Below, piece by piece: positions 42,231-52,362 of a stretch of 64,000 nucleotides of DNA. Source of the stretch: Hydrogenophaga sp. (GTDB lineage: Bacteria; Pseudomonadota; Gammaproteobacteria; Burkholderiales; Burkholderiaceae_C); contig JAIFMP010000021.1 in the NCBI GenBank assembly GCA_020048405.1, positions 13,077 to 77,076 on the forward strand, written 5' to 3'. Position 1 is the stretch's first letter, and the number at the start of each line of letters is the position of its first letter. The position numbers and the translations under genes are program-made. The notes beneath the pieces are model-generated. The model saw only the letters and a list, made by a program, of their open reading frames with translations, did not search any database and was not told where the DNA came from.

Positions 42231-45200
42231 TCACCCCGCCATCGGCGTCCCCAGCCCCCGCAACACATCGCGCACCATCTGCGCCCTGTCTTTCACCTCG
42301 GGCAGGGCGCGCTCGATGCGCAGTTTCTCGTTCCCGGCCAGCTTGATGTGTTTGTTCTTCTGGATCAGTTCAATGATCCGCATCGGCTCAACCGGCGGGT
42401 TGGGTTTGAAGGTGATGAGGATGACACCGGGCGTGGCATCCACCTTCACAACGCCGTAGGGCTCGCTCAGGCACCGCAGGCGGTGCACGTCGATCAGGGT
42501 TTGGGCCTGGGGCGGCAGCTTGCCAAAGCGGTCCACCAGCTCTTCCAGCAGGGTGTCGATCTGTTCGTTGCGTTTGGCCATGGCCAGTTTTTTGTAAAAG
42601 CTCAGGCGCAGGTGCACGTCGCCGCAGTAGTCATTGGGCAGCAGGGCGGGGGCGTGTAGGTTGATGTCGGTGGCGGCTGACAGGGGTTTCAGCAAATCAG
42701 GTTCTTTGCCGGCCTTCAGGCAGCGCACGGCTTCGCTCAGCATTTCGTTGTACAGCTGAAAGCCCACCTCCAGCATGTTGCCGCTCTGGTTTTCACCCAG
42801 CACCTCGCCCGCACCGCGAATTTCCAGGTCGTGCATGGCCAAATAAAAGCCGCTGCCCAGTTCTTCCATGGCCTGAATGGCGTCCAGCCGCTGTTGGGCC
42901 TGTTTGGTCAGGCCTTCGATGTCAGGCACCATCAAATACGCATAGGCTTGGTGGTGGCTGCGGCCAACGCGCCCGCGCAACTGGTGCAGCTGGGCCAAGC
43001 CAAATTTGTCGGCCCGCGCCATGATGATGGTGTTGGCGGTGGGCACGTCAATGCCGGTCTCGATGATGGTGGAGCACAGCAACACGTTGAAGCGCTGGGC
43101 CACAAAGTCGCGCATCACCTTTTCCAGTTCGCGCTCGGGCATCTGCCCGTGCGCAATGGCGATGCGGGCTTCGGGCAAAAACTCTTCCAGTTTCTGCCGG
43201 CGGTTTTCGATGGTGTCCACCTCGTTGTGCAGAAAGTACACCTGCCCGCCGCGTTTCAGCTCGCGCAGCACGGCCTCGCGAATGACGCCCTGGCTCTCGC
43301 TGCGCACAAAGGTTTTGATGGCCAGGCGGCGCTGGGGTGCGGTGGCAATCACGCTCAGGTCGCGCAGGCCTTCCAGCGCCATGCCCATGGTGCGGGGAAT
43401 GGGGGTGGCGGTGAGGGTGAGCACATCCACCTCGGCGCGCAGTTGCTTCATCTGCTCTTTGTGGCGCACGCCAAAACGGTGTTCTTCGTCAATGATGAGC
43501 AGACCCAGGTCTTTGAACTGGGTTTTTTCGCTCAGCAGCTTGTGGGTGCCCACCACAATGTCCACGGTGCCGTCGTGCACGCCTTTCATGGCAGCGGTGA
43601 TTTCCTTGGTCGAGCGAAAGCGGCTCATCTCGGCAATCTTCACCGGCCATTTGGCAAAGCGGTCCACCAGCGTCTGGAAGTGCTGCTCTGCCAGCAGGGT
43701 GGTGGGGGCCAGGAATGCCACCTGTTTGCCGCCGGTCACGGCCACAAAGGCGGCGCGCAGGGCGACCTCGGTTTTGCCAAAACCCACATCGCCGCACACC
43801 AGGCGGTCCATGGGGCGGGGCGAAATCATGTCTTGAATGACGCAGTGAATGGCGGCCTTCTGGTCGGCGGTTTCCTCAAACCCGAAGTCGTTGGCAAAAG
43901 TTTCGTAATCGGCCGGGCTGTAGCGGAACGGGTGGCCCACGCGGGCGGCCCGGCGGGCGTAGATGTTCAGCAGTTCGGCAGCGCTGTCGCGCACCTGCTC
44001 GGCGGCTTTGCGCTTGGCCTTTTCCCACTGGCCGCTGCCCAGTTTGTGCAGGGGCGCTTCGTCGGCGCTCACGCCGGTGTAGCGGCTGATCAGCTGTAGC
44101 TGACTCACAGGCACATACAGCGTGGCGTTGTCGGCGTATTCCAGGTGCAAAAACTCCTGGGGTTCGCTGGTGCCGTTGGGGTTTTGCACCCCCAGGTCCA
44201 TGTTGATCAGGCCCTTGTAGCGGCCAATCCCGTGGGCACTGTGCACCACGGGGTCGCCCACGTTGAGTTCGCTCAGGTCTTTGATGAGCGCTTCCACGTC
44301 GCTCACCTGTTCCTGCTTTTTGCGGCGGCGGGTGGTGGGGCCGGTGGCAAACAGCTCGGTTTCAGTCACCAGGTCAATGCCGCCTTCGTTCCACGCAAAG
44401 CCGGTGTTGAGGGCAGCGGTGGCAATGCCCACCTGTTCGTCGCTGGCCTGGAATTCCGCGAGGCTGTCAAAGGCGGGGGGGGCCACGCCACCGGTGCGCA
44501 AAAAGTCCAGCAGGCTCTCGCGCCGGCCATCGCTTTCAGCCAGAACCAGCACGCGGTGCGGGCTGGTTTTGATGTGGGCTTGCAGGTGTTGCAGCGGCTC
44601 GGGCGCGCCACGCACCACGGTCAGCGTGGGCAATGCATCAAATTCGGCCCATGCGCTTGTCTGTATTGGGTTGTCAGCTTCTGATTCAGTACCGGATTGG
44701 GGGCTGGCAGGGCGCACCACCAGCTGGGCATGTTCCTTGGCACGGGCGTAAAACTGCTCGGTGCCCAAAAACAGCGATTCAGGGGGCAGCACCGGGCGCT
44801 CTGTGTCACCTTGCAGCAGGCGGTAACGGTCTTTGGTGTCTTGCCAGAAGCGTTGGAACGCGGGCTCCAGCTCGCCGTGCAGCACCACGGTGGCGTTGGC
44901 GCCGATGTAGTCAAACACGGTGGCCGTGTCGTCAAAAAACAGGGGCAGGTAGTACTCAATGCCCGCCGTGGCCACGCCGTTGCCCATGTCCTTGTAAATG
45001 CGGCTTTTGGTGGGGTCGCCGTCCAGCAGTTCGCGCCAGCGGTTGCGGAATTTGGAGCGCGCCGCGTCGTCCATGGGGAACTCGCGCCCGGGCAGCAGCC
45101 GCACTTCGGGCACGGGGTACAGGCTGCGCTGGCTGTCGGGGTCAAAGGTGCGGATGCTGTCTATTTCGTCGTCAAACAGGTCCACCCGGTAGGGCACGGG

Positions 45201-45737
45201 GCTGCCCATGGGGAACAGATCGATCAGCCCGCCGCGCACAGCGTATTCGCCGGGGCTCACCACCTGCGTGACGTGGTTGTAGCCCGCCAGCGTGAGCTGG
45301 CTTTTCAGCTTGGCCTCGTCCAGCTTTTGCTTGACCTTGAAGTGGAAGGTGTAGCCTGCCAGAAACGCGGGCGGTGCCAGGCGGTACAGCGCGGTGGTGG
45401 CGGGCACGATGACCACGTCGGCCCCCGTCTCCTTGTCGTGCTGCTGAATGCGCCACAGCGTGGCCAGCCGCTCGGAAATCAGGTCCTGGTGGGGGCTGAA
45501 GGTGTCGTAGGGCAGGGTTTCCCAGTCAGGGAACAGGGCGCAGCGCAGCGTGGGCGCAAAAAACGCCATTTCGTCCAACAGGCGCTGGGCGTCCACCGCG
45601 TCGGCGGTGACGATGGCCATGGGTTTGCCGGCGGCTTTCTCGCGGGTGCCCAATTGGGCCAGCAGCAGGGCGTCGGCAGATCCAGGGGGACGGGGGAGGG
45701 TGTGGCGTTTACCGGGGGGCAGCTTGGGCAGGTCCAT
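42231..45737 (-). CDS. mfd: transcription-repair coupling factor
   Basis: 1168 aa from MDLPKLPPGK (CAT 45735-45737). UvrB-homology N-terminus, RNAP-interaction domain, superfamily 2 helicase motifs (GDVGFGKTEVA, DEEHRFG, TATPIPRT) and the TRG motif region. Confidence 0.95.
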   Translation of the reverse strand: MDLPKLPPGKRHTLPRPPGSADALLLAQLGTREKAAGKPMAIVTADAVDAQRLLDEMAFFAPTLRCALFPDWETLPYDTFSPHQDLISERLATLWRIQQHDKETGADVVIVPATTALYRLAPPAFLAGYTFHFKVKQKLDEAKLKSQLTLAGYNHVTQVVSPGEYAVRGGLIDLFPMGSPVPYRVDLFDDEIDSIRTFDPDSQRSLYPVPEVRLLPGREFPMDDAARSKFRNRWRELLDGDPTKSRIYKDMGNGVATAGIEYYLPLFFDDTATVFDYIGANATVVLHGELEPAFQRFWQDTKDRYRLLQGDTERPVLPPESLFLGTEQFYARAKEHAQLVVRPASPQSGTESEADNPIQTSAWAEFDALPTLTVVRGAPEPLQHLQAHIKTSPHRVLVLAESDGRRESLLDFLRTGGVAPPAFDSLAEFQASDEQVGIATAALNTGFAWNEGGIDLVTETELFATGPTTRRRKKQEQVSDVEALIKDLSELNVGDPVVHSAHGIGRYKGLINMDLGVQNPNGTSEPQEFLHLEYADNATLYVPVSQLQLISRYTGVSADEAPLHKLGSGQWEKAKRKAAEQVRDSAAELLNIYARRAARVGHPFRYSPADYETFANDFGFEETADQKAAIHCVIQDMISPRPMDRLVCGDVGFGKTEVALRAAFVAVTGGKQVAFLAPTTLLAEQHFQTLVDRFAKWPVKIAEMSRFRSTKEITAAMKGVHDGTVDIVVGTHKLLSEKTQFKDLGLLIIDEEHRFGVRHKEQMKQLRAEVDVLTLTATPIPRTMGMALEGLRDLSVIATAPQRRLAIKTFVRSESQGVIREAVLRELKRGGQVYFLHNEVDTIENRRQKLEEFLPEARIAIAHGQMPERELEKVMRDFVAQRFNVLLCSTIIETGIDVPTANTIIMARADKFGLAQLHQLRGRVGRSHHQAYAYLMVPDIEGLTKQAQQRLDAIQAMEELGSGFYLAMHDLEIRGAGEVLGENQSGNMLEVGFQLYNEMLSEAVRCLKAGKEPDLLKPLSAATDINLHAPALLPNDYCGDVHLRLSFYKKLAMAKRNEQIDTLLEELVDRFGKLPPQAQTLIDVHRLRCLSEPYGVVKVDATPGVILITFKPNPPVEPMRIIELIQKNKHIKLAGNEKLRIERALPEVKDRAQMVRDVLRGLGTPMAG

Positions 45738-45800
45738 GCTGGATTTTAGGCTGCACCCCAGTGTGCGCCCGGTGCGTGGCACCTCGCTGGAGCGTGTGTG

Positions 45801-46793
45801 TCAGCCCCGGATAGGGCCGGGTTCAGCCAACAACCGCAAGGCTTCGTGCAGCGCGTTGGGCAGCCGCCGTGTTCCCGCTGGTGCAGCGGTGCCTGGCGGC
45901 AGGGCAGGGTAGCGGTGGCCCGACGTGAGCAGGTGCAGTTGCACACCCAGCATTTCCACCCGCTCGTCAGGCCCCAGCTCCTTGAAATTGGTGGCCATGC
46001 GGCGTCCATCTACCAAGGTGACATTGCCTGCGCCCACCACTTCCACAAAGCGGTTGCGGCCCACCACGAGGGCGGTGTCTTCGTCAATGCCCACGCCCAG
46101 CAGGTCGGGCCGCTGCGCCAGGGCCGACAAGAGGCGGCCGAGCCTCCCGCGCTCGTTGAAGTGCTGGTCCACGATGGCGCGAGGCAGCAGGCCCAGACCA
46201 ATGTCCATGCTGACCACATCTTTTTCGGGCCGGCGGGTGGCATCACCCATGGCCAGCATGGCGCGCGACATCACGGCTGCGCCTGCGCTGGTGCCGCCCA
46301 CGGTGCAGCCGTTCAGATGGAACCCCAGGTGAATGGCACGGGCAGCAGCGGTTTCCCACAGCCGCTCCATCAACCGGCTCTGATCACCACCGCTCATGAA
46401 AAAACCATCGGCTGCCAGTACCTCCTGCACCACGTCAGGGCGGTTGGCATCGTCGGCATTGGCCAGGGGCAGGTGGATCACCCGTTGTGCGCCCAGGTCG
46501 GCCAACACGGGCTCGTAACCTTTCCACGAGCCGTCGGGGTCGCTGCTGGCGCCGGTGCACACAACGATGCGTGCCAGCGGGCCGCCGCTGAGTTCAAGGA
46601 AGCGGCGCAGCACGGCGCGGTCTTGCAGGCGGTCTTCTGCGCCCCCGACGATCACCAGATGCCCTGTTCGCCGCTCCCGGTCGGCCGTTTGGGCCTGCAC
46701 ATGACCCAGCCAGGGCAAGGCCCCGAGGGCAAGGGCGTGTGCGCCCAGTTGTTGGAGCCAGTGGCGGCGGTTGGGTGTGACTTGGAGGGGCAT
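45801..46793 (-). CDS. cphE: cyanophycinase (peptidase S51) with Tat-type signal peptide
   Basis: 330 aa from MPLQVTPNRRHWLQQLGAHALALGALP (twin-arginine leader). Motifs GGGDQ-like (FMSGGDQSRL), the GTSAGAAVMS nucleophile region, and DQHF.ERGR.GRL. Confidence 0.8.
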   Translation of the reverse strand: MPLQVTPNRRHWLQQLGAHALALGALPWLGHVQAQTADRERRTGHLVIVGGAEDRLQDRAVLRRFLELSGGPLARIVVCTGASSDPDGSWKGYEPVLADLGAQRVIHLPLANADDANRPDVVQEVLAADGFFMSGGDQSRLMERLWETAAARAIHLGFHLNGCTVGGTSAGAAVMSRAMLAMGDATRRPEKDVVSMDIGLGLLPRAIVDQHFNERGRLGRLLSALAQRPDLLGVGIDEDTALVVGRNRFVEVVGAGNVTLVDGRRMATNFKELGPDERVEMLGVQLHLLTSGHRYPALPPGTAAPAGTRRLPNALHEALRLLAEPGPIRG

Positions 46794-46884
46794 GGGTACG
46801 GCTGTGAGCGCTGGGGCGCGTTGCACAATACCACGCTGTTTGAGGCCGATTTGCCCCCTCTGCAATGACTTGTGACCGCTTGTA

Positions 46885-47622
46885 ATGCCCATTCCAACCG
46901 CCAGTGAACCCGTCCGTTTGCATGCCCTCGTGCCGTGTGGTGGCAACGGCTCGCGTGCCGGGGCAGGTGCTCCCAAGCAATACCGGCCGGTGGCAGGCCA
47001 AACCGTGCTGGGTCATACCCTGTTCGCACTGGCTGGGGTGGACCGGTTGGCCACTGTGCTGGTGGTGGTGGCCCCGCCCACAGCCCAAGCGGCATGGCAA
47101 GAACTCGGCTGCACTCAGGGCGGCCCCACGCTGCGCGTGGCGCGATGCGCCGGGCCAACCCGTGCCCACACCGTGTTCAACGGCCTGGCACATTTGCTGG
47201 CCCACGGCGCCCATCCGCACGATTGGGTGCTGGTGCACGACGCGGCGCGTTGCCTGGTCACGCCCACGCAGGTGAACGCACTGATCGATGCTTGCCTGCC
47301 CGACGCCGTGGGTGGCCTGCTGGCTTTGCCCCTGCCCGACACGCTTAAAGCCGCCACCCCCGAGGGCCGCGTAGCCGCCACCGTGCCGCGTGCCGACAAG
47401 TGGCTGGCGCAAACCCCGCAAATGTTCCGCTTGGGTGACCTGCAGCGCGCCTTGGCATTTGCCGATGCCAGCGGGTTTGCAGGCATCACCGACGAGGCCA
47501 GTGCGATGGAAGCCTTGGGCCTGGCCCCCAAACTGGTGCCTGGCAGTGCCGAAAACTTCAAGCTCACTTACCCGCCAGACTTTGCGCTGGCCGAAGCCAT
47601 TCTGAAAGGCCGACAGGCATGA
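46885..47622 (+). CDS. ispD: 2-C-methyl-D-erythritol 4-phosphate cytidylyltransferase
   Basis: 245 aa with [11 protein letters not shown]...PKQY and VHDAARCLV motifs. Overlaps the ispF start. Confidence 0.9.
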   Translation: MPIPTASEPVRLHALVPCGGNGSRAGAGAPKQYRPVAGQTVLGHTLFALAGVDRLATVLVVVAPPTAQAAWQELGCTQGGPTLRVARCAGPTRAHTVFNGLAHLLAHGAHPHDWVLVHDAARCLVTPTQVNALIDACLPDAVGGLLALPLPDTLKAATPEGRVAATVPRADKWLAQTPQMFRLGDLQRALAFADASGFAGITDEASAMEALGLAPKLVPGSAENFKLTYPPDFALAEAILKGRQA

Positions 47623-48134
47623 CCACTACCTCCGCCATGACACCACCGGCCCCCTTGCCCCGCCTTCGCGTAGGCCAGGGCTGGGACTGCCATGCCCTGG
47701 TGCCAGGCCGCTCCCTGGTGCTGGGCGGCGTGGTGGTGCCGCACACCCATGGTCTGCTGGGCCACTCGGATGCCGACGTACTGCTGCACGCCATCACAGA
47801 CGCACTGCTGGGGGCCGCCGGGCTCGGCGACATTGGCCGGCACTTCCCTGACACCGATGCCCGCTTCAAAGGGGCCGATTCCCGTGTGCTGCTGGCCGAG
47901 GCCATGGCCCGCGTGCGCGCCGAGGGTTTTGAACTGGTGAACCTGGACAGCACCGTGGTGGCCCAGGCCCCCAAGTTGGCCGCCCACATTCCCGCCATGT
48001 GTGCCAACGTGGCGCAGTGCCTGGGAGTGGCATTGGGGCAGGTGAACGTGAAGGCCAAAACCGCTGAAAAGCTGGGCCCCGTGGGCCAGGGCCTGAGCAT
48101 GGAAGCGCAAGCGGTGGTGCTGCTGGCTGGCTAA
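47619..48134 (+). CDS. ispF: 2-C-methyl-D-erythritol 2,4-cyclodiphosphate synthase
   Basis: 171 aa. [28 protein letters not shown]...GDIG.HFPDTD and the other IspF hallmarks. Confidence 0.9.
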   Translation: MTTTSAMTPPAPLPRLRVGQGWDCHALVPGRSLVLGGVVVPHTHGLLGHSDADVLLHAITDALLGAAGLGDIGRHFPDTDARFKGADSRVLLAEAMARVRAEGFELVNLDSTVVAQAPKLAAHIPAMCANVAQCLGVALGQVNVKAKTAEKLGPVGQGLSMEAQAVVLLAG

Positions 48135-48196
48135 AGTTCGTTCAAAAACGCAGCTGTAAAGTCAATACAGCAAAGCGGCAGGTGCTTTTTTGATGC

Positions 48197-49542
48197 TTAT
48201 TTTTCAACCTGGAGGCTGAGGGTGGCCTGAAGGCCTGGGCCGTGCTGTGTCGGCTTGTGTGGCACCGGGCTGTGCAACGCCAGCGTGCCACCCATGCGCT
48301 GCATCATTTTGTCCACCACCGCCAGGCCCAGGCCTGCGCCGCTGGCTTGGCTGCGCGCTTCGTCGGCGCGGAAAAACGGTTGGGTCATGCGGGCCAGGGT
48401 GTCGGCGCTCACGCCGGGGCCGTGGTCGGCCACGGTGATTTGCACCCGGGCTTGTGCGCCTTGGCCCACACGTTCGGCGCTCAGCGTCACGTCGGCGTGG
48501 GGCTGACCCGGGGTCTGGCCGTAACGGCGGGCGTTTTCCAGCAGGTTGTTGACCACGCGCATCAGGTCCACCGGATCGGCCAGGGCCACCAGGGAGGGTG
48601 GCACTTGCAGCGTGATGCGCAAGCCCACGTCCTGCGCCAGCGCCTGGGCGGCACTTGCCAGCAGCGCGCTCACATCGGTGGCTTCGCGCGTGCCCTGACC
48701 GGGGCGGGCGTAGTCCAGAAACTTGGCCACAATGCCGTCGATCTGCGCCATGTCCGACACCATGTCGGCACGGGCTTGAGCGTCGGGCACGCTCATTTCA
48801 GCTTCCAGACGCAGGCGGGCGAGGGGGGTGCGCAGGTCGTGCGAGATGCCGGCGAGCATCAGGGCGCGGTCTTGCTCTACCTGGGCCAACTCGCGGGCCA
48901 TGCGGTTGAAGCCCTGGTTCACTTCGCGTATTTCGGTGGTGGGCACTGGCGCAAACGGGCGGTGGCCACGGACAGTTGTTGCAGCGGGCGGTTGATGAGC
49001 CGGGCCATCACCACAGCACCCAGCAATGAGAGCAGGGCGGCTGTTCCCAACCAGATGAGCCAGGTACGTCCATGGATGGCGGTGACCCGCCTGGGGTCGA
49101 TCAGCAGCCAGTAGCTCTCGCGATCCATGGTGAAACCCACCCACAGGCCCTCAAAGCCGTTGACTGCGCGGGCCACGATGGTGCCTGGCCCCAAGCGCTG
49201 GGCCAGTTCGGCGGCAATCTGGCGCGTGAAGTCGTCGGTGCCGTAAGGCAGGTGCGTGTCCCCAGGTTCGCGGGGCGCAATCCGCAGGCCTTCTTCGTCG
49301 ACCAGTGTTTTGACCAGCGACACCCGCGCAATCGGGTCGGAATGCTGCAAACCGGCGCGTGTCAGGTTGACCATGGAGGCCACCTGCCGCGCGCTTTGCA
49401 AGGCCTGAGGCCGAAATTCCAGGGCCACAAACGTCTGCAGCCACACCACTGCGCTGACCGTGAGCAGCAGTGCCAAATAAAAAAGTGTGCGCCAGAACAG
49501 GCTGAAGCGGCTCAGCCAGCGAGCAGGGCTGAAAAGAGTCAT
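48197..49542 (-). pseudogene. envZ: EnvZ-like osmosensor histidine kinase, out-of-frame lesion in HAMP linker
   Basis: The N-terminal sensor/TM/HAMP-AS1 part (...ARLINRPLQQLSVATARLRQ) ends at a stop at 48919. HAMP-AS2 and the kinase core (VPTTEIREVNQGFNRMA..., H-box AGISHDLRTPL, N/G boxes) continue in another frame. The junction lies around 48925-48950. Confidence 0.75.
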
Positions 49543-49548
49543 GAACTG

Positions 49549-50289
49549 TCAGCCCTGGCTGTCGGGCACAAATACGTAACCCACACCCCAAACGGTCTGG
49601 ATGTGGCGGGGTGCAGAGGGGTCGGCCTCGATCATTTTGCGCAGGCGGCTGACTTGAACATCCAGGCTGCGGTCAAACGCCTCGAACTCGCGGCCCCGCG
49701 CCAGTTGCGCCAGGCGCTCCCGGGTCAGGGGCACACGGGGGTGCTTGACCAGTGCTTTGAGCATGGCGAATTCGCCAGTGGTCAAAGGCAGCTCGGTACC
49801 ATTTTTGCGCAGGGTGCGCTGGCCCATGTCCAGCACAAAGTCCCCGAATGCCACCTGTCCTTCGTCCGAAGGCGCGCCGGGCGCCAACTCGGGTGGGCGA
49901 CGGCGCAGCACTGCGTGTATGCGAGCGAGCAGTTCCCGTGGGTTGAAGGGTTTGGGCAGGTAATCATCTGCGCCCAACTCCAGCCCAACGATTCGGTCCA
50001 TCTCGTCGCCCTTGGCCGTGAGCATCAGGATGGGGGTGCGGTCATTGGCGGTGCGCAGGCGGCGACAGATCGAGAGGCCGTCTTCGCCGGGCATCATCAG
50101 ATCCAGAACGATGAGGTCTACCGACTCTCGCTGGCGCACCTTGTCCATCGCGGCACCGCTGTCGGCCACGATGGCCACGAAACCCTCGCCTGTCAGGTAG
50201 CGGCGCAACAGGTCGCGGATGCGTGCGTCGTCGTCCACCACCAGAATTTTGTCGGGACGTGCGGCAGTGGGTTCGGCTGGGTGTTGCAT
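49549..50289 (-). CDS. ompR: OmpR-family response regulator
   Basis: 246 aa. Receiver domain (ILVVDDD...DLIVLDLMMPGEDG, LTAKG) plus a winged-helix C-terminus (IQTVWGVGYVF). The stop is 7 nt before the envZ-like start. Confidence 0.9.
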   Translation of the reverse strand: MQHPAEPTAARPDKILVVDDDARIRDLLRRYLTGEGFVAIVADSGAAMDKVRQRESVDLIVLDLMMPGEDGLSICRRLRTANDRTPILMLTAKGDEMDRIVGLELGADDYLPKPFNPRELLARIHAVLRRRPPELAPGAPSDEGQVAFGDFVLDMGQRTLRKNGTELPLTTGEFAMLKALVKHPRVPLTRERLAQLARGREFEAFDRSLDVQVSRLRKMIEADPSAPRHIQTVWGVGYVFVPDSQG

Positions 50290-50520
50290 GTGTGTTGTGC
50301 GGCAGGGCGTGAACAGTCCTGCATTGTCAGACGGGTGTCGGTCATGGTCGCGGACACCGTCAACACTGGGGGGGCTTTTTGAAGCACCTGCTTACAGGTC
50401 GATCAAAAAACCATAGTCAACTTCTGAATTCTGGTAGGTGCCGGATGTCGCTTTGACCGTGGCCATGTTGGCCGGAGCCAGCACCGTGCAGCCGAAGTGA
50501 AGCAGTCGGCACGCGGCGCG

Positions 50521-51291
50521 TTACTGCGCTGTCCAGCCGCCGTCCATTTGCCAGGCCACGCCGCGCACGTTGTTGGCGGCTGGCGAGCAGAAAAATACCG
50601 CCAGCTCGCCCAGTTCTTCGGGTGTGGTGAACTGCAGCGACGGCTCTTTTTCGGCCAGCAACTGGCGCTTGGACTCTTCGTTGCTGATGCCCAGTGCGGC
50701 AGCTTTGGCATCCACCTGTTTTTGCACCAGCGGGGTCAGCACCCAGCCGGGGCAAATGGCGTTGCAGGTCACGCCTGTGGTGGCGTTTTCCAGCGCGGTG
50801 ACCTTGGTCAGACCCACGATGCCATGCTTGGCCGCCACATAGGCCGACTTTTGCGCCGAAGCAACCAGACCATGCACGGAAGCCACGTTGATGACTCGAC
50901 CCCAGCCAGCCGCTTGCATGGCCGGCAGAGCCAACCGGGTGGTGTGGAAAGCGCTGGAGAGGTTGATGGCGATGATGGCGTCCCACCGCTCCACCGGGAA
51001 GTCTTGCACCGCCGCAACGTGCTGGATGCCAGCGTTGTTCACCAGAATGTCCACCCTTCCGAACTCGGCTGCAGCGGCTGCCATCATGGCTTCAATGTCG
51101 GCTGGCTTGCTCATGTCGGCACCGTGGTAGCCCACTTTGACACCCAGCGCGGCCACCTCGGCCTTGGCGCCTTCGATGTCGCCGAACCCATTGAGCATGA
51201 TGTTGGCACCCTGGCGCGCCAGTGCTTTGGCGATGCCCAGTCCGATGCCGCTGGTGGAACCCGTGACGAGGGCGGTTTTGTTCTTCAGCAT
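50521..51291 (-). CDS. bdhA: 3-hydroxybutyrate dehydrogenase (SDR family)
   Basis: 256 aa from MLKNKTALVTGSTSGIGLGIA (CAT 51289-51291, GGAGAA RBS). NNAG and YVAAKHG catalytic motifs, and a typical BDH C-terminus (DGGWTAQ). Confidence 0.85.
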   Translation of the reverse strand: MLKNKTALVTGSTSGIGLGIAKALARQGANIMLNGFGDIEGAKAEVAALGVKVGYHGADMSKPADIEAMMAAAAAEFGRVDILVNNAGIQHVAAVQDFPVERWDAIIAINLSSAFHTTRLALPAMQAAGWGRVINVASVHGLVASAQKSAYVAAKHGIVGLTKVTALENATTGVTCNAICPGWVLTPLVQKQVDAKAAALGISNEESKRQLLAEKEPSLQFTTPEELGELAVFFCSPAANNVRGVAWQMDGGWTAQ

Positions 51292-51417
51292 GTGATTCTC
51301 CGATTCCATTACGATTTGGTTTCAATGTGCGGTCCAGGCAAAACCAGCTTCTGTGCGGGCTCTACCATGCGTGGATTATCACGAAGCCGTTACCCGTTAC
51401 GCTGCAAGCGCCGTTCC

Positions 51418-52362
51418 ATGACCCAAGCCACCGTCATATCGCCTCACCCCGGCAATCCACAATTGCGTTACCTGGTGTGTCCTGGAGACGTCAAGTCCAA
51501 GGGTGGCCAGCCACGCCGCATGGCCTATTGGGACTGGCCAGCCGGGCCTTCAGGCAATGCTGTGCATGCAGTGGTATGCGTGCATGGGCTGAGTCGCCAG
51601 GGGCGTGACTTTGACGTGCTGGCCCGCCATTTGCAGCCTCACGTTCGGGTCGTGTGCCCCGACGTGGCGGGGCGCGGCCACAGCGATTGGCTGGCTGAAC
51701 CTGCGTGTTATCAAATCCCCACTTACGCTACCGACATGTTGGCACTGTTGGCTGACCTGCGGACCCAAGGCGTGCAAACCATCGACTGGGTGGGTACCAG
51801 CATGGGCGGCCTGATTGCCCTGGGGGTGTTGTCTCAACCCGATGTCGGGGTGCGTCGGCTCGTGCTGAACGACGTTGGGCCGACCATTGAGCCTGCTGCA
51901 TTGCAACGCATTGGCAGTTATCTGGGGCTGCCTCTGCGTTTTGAATCGGTGCAGGCAGGGGCGGACTACTTGTTGGGCATTTCCGCAGGTTTTGGGCCTC
52001 ACACCCCTGCCGAGTGGCTGTCGATCAGCTCGCCGATGCTGCGTGAACAGGGCGGTGCCTATGTGTTGCATTACGACCCCAGCATTGCCGAACCCTTTAA
52101 TGCACTCACCGGCGCAGCAGCGCTGGAAGCCGCAGTTCAGGGAGAAACTGTGCTTTGGCACATTTACGACCACATTTGTGCTACGACGCTGGTGTTGCGT
52201 GGTGCGTCTTCAGACCTGTTGAGTGCAACCACGGCCCATGCCATGGGCCAGCGTGGCCCGAAAGCGCGGTGCATTGAATTTGAAGGCGTCGGCCATGCGC
52301 CGACGCTGGTCGCTCCTGATCAGGTGCAAGCTGTGGTGGGGTTTTTAATGGGTCCGACATGA
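51418..52362 (+). CDS. alpha/beta-fold hydrolase
   Basis: 314 aa. HGLSRQGRDFD oxyanion region, GTSMGG nucleophile elbow, and a C-terminal GVGHAP histidine region. An alternative start lies at 51367. The track ORF start at 50497 is antisense to bdhA. Confidence 0.75.
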   Translation: MTQATVISPHPGNPQLRYLVCPGDVKSKGGQPRRMAYWDWPAGPSGNAVHAVVCVHGLSRQGRDFDVLARHLQPHVRVVCPDVAGRGHSDWLAEPACYQIPTYATDMLALLADLRTQGVQTIDWVGTSMGGLIALGVLSQPDVGVRRLVLNDVGPTIEPAALQRIGSYLGLPLRFESVQAGADYLLGISAGFGPHTPAEWLSISSPMLREQGGAYVLHYDPSIAEPFNALTGAAALEAAVQGETVLWHIYDHICATTLVLRGASSDLLSATTAHAMGQRGPKARCIEFEGVGHAPTLVAPDQVQAVVGFLMGPT

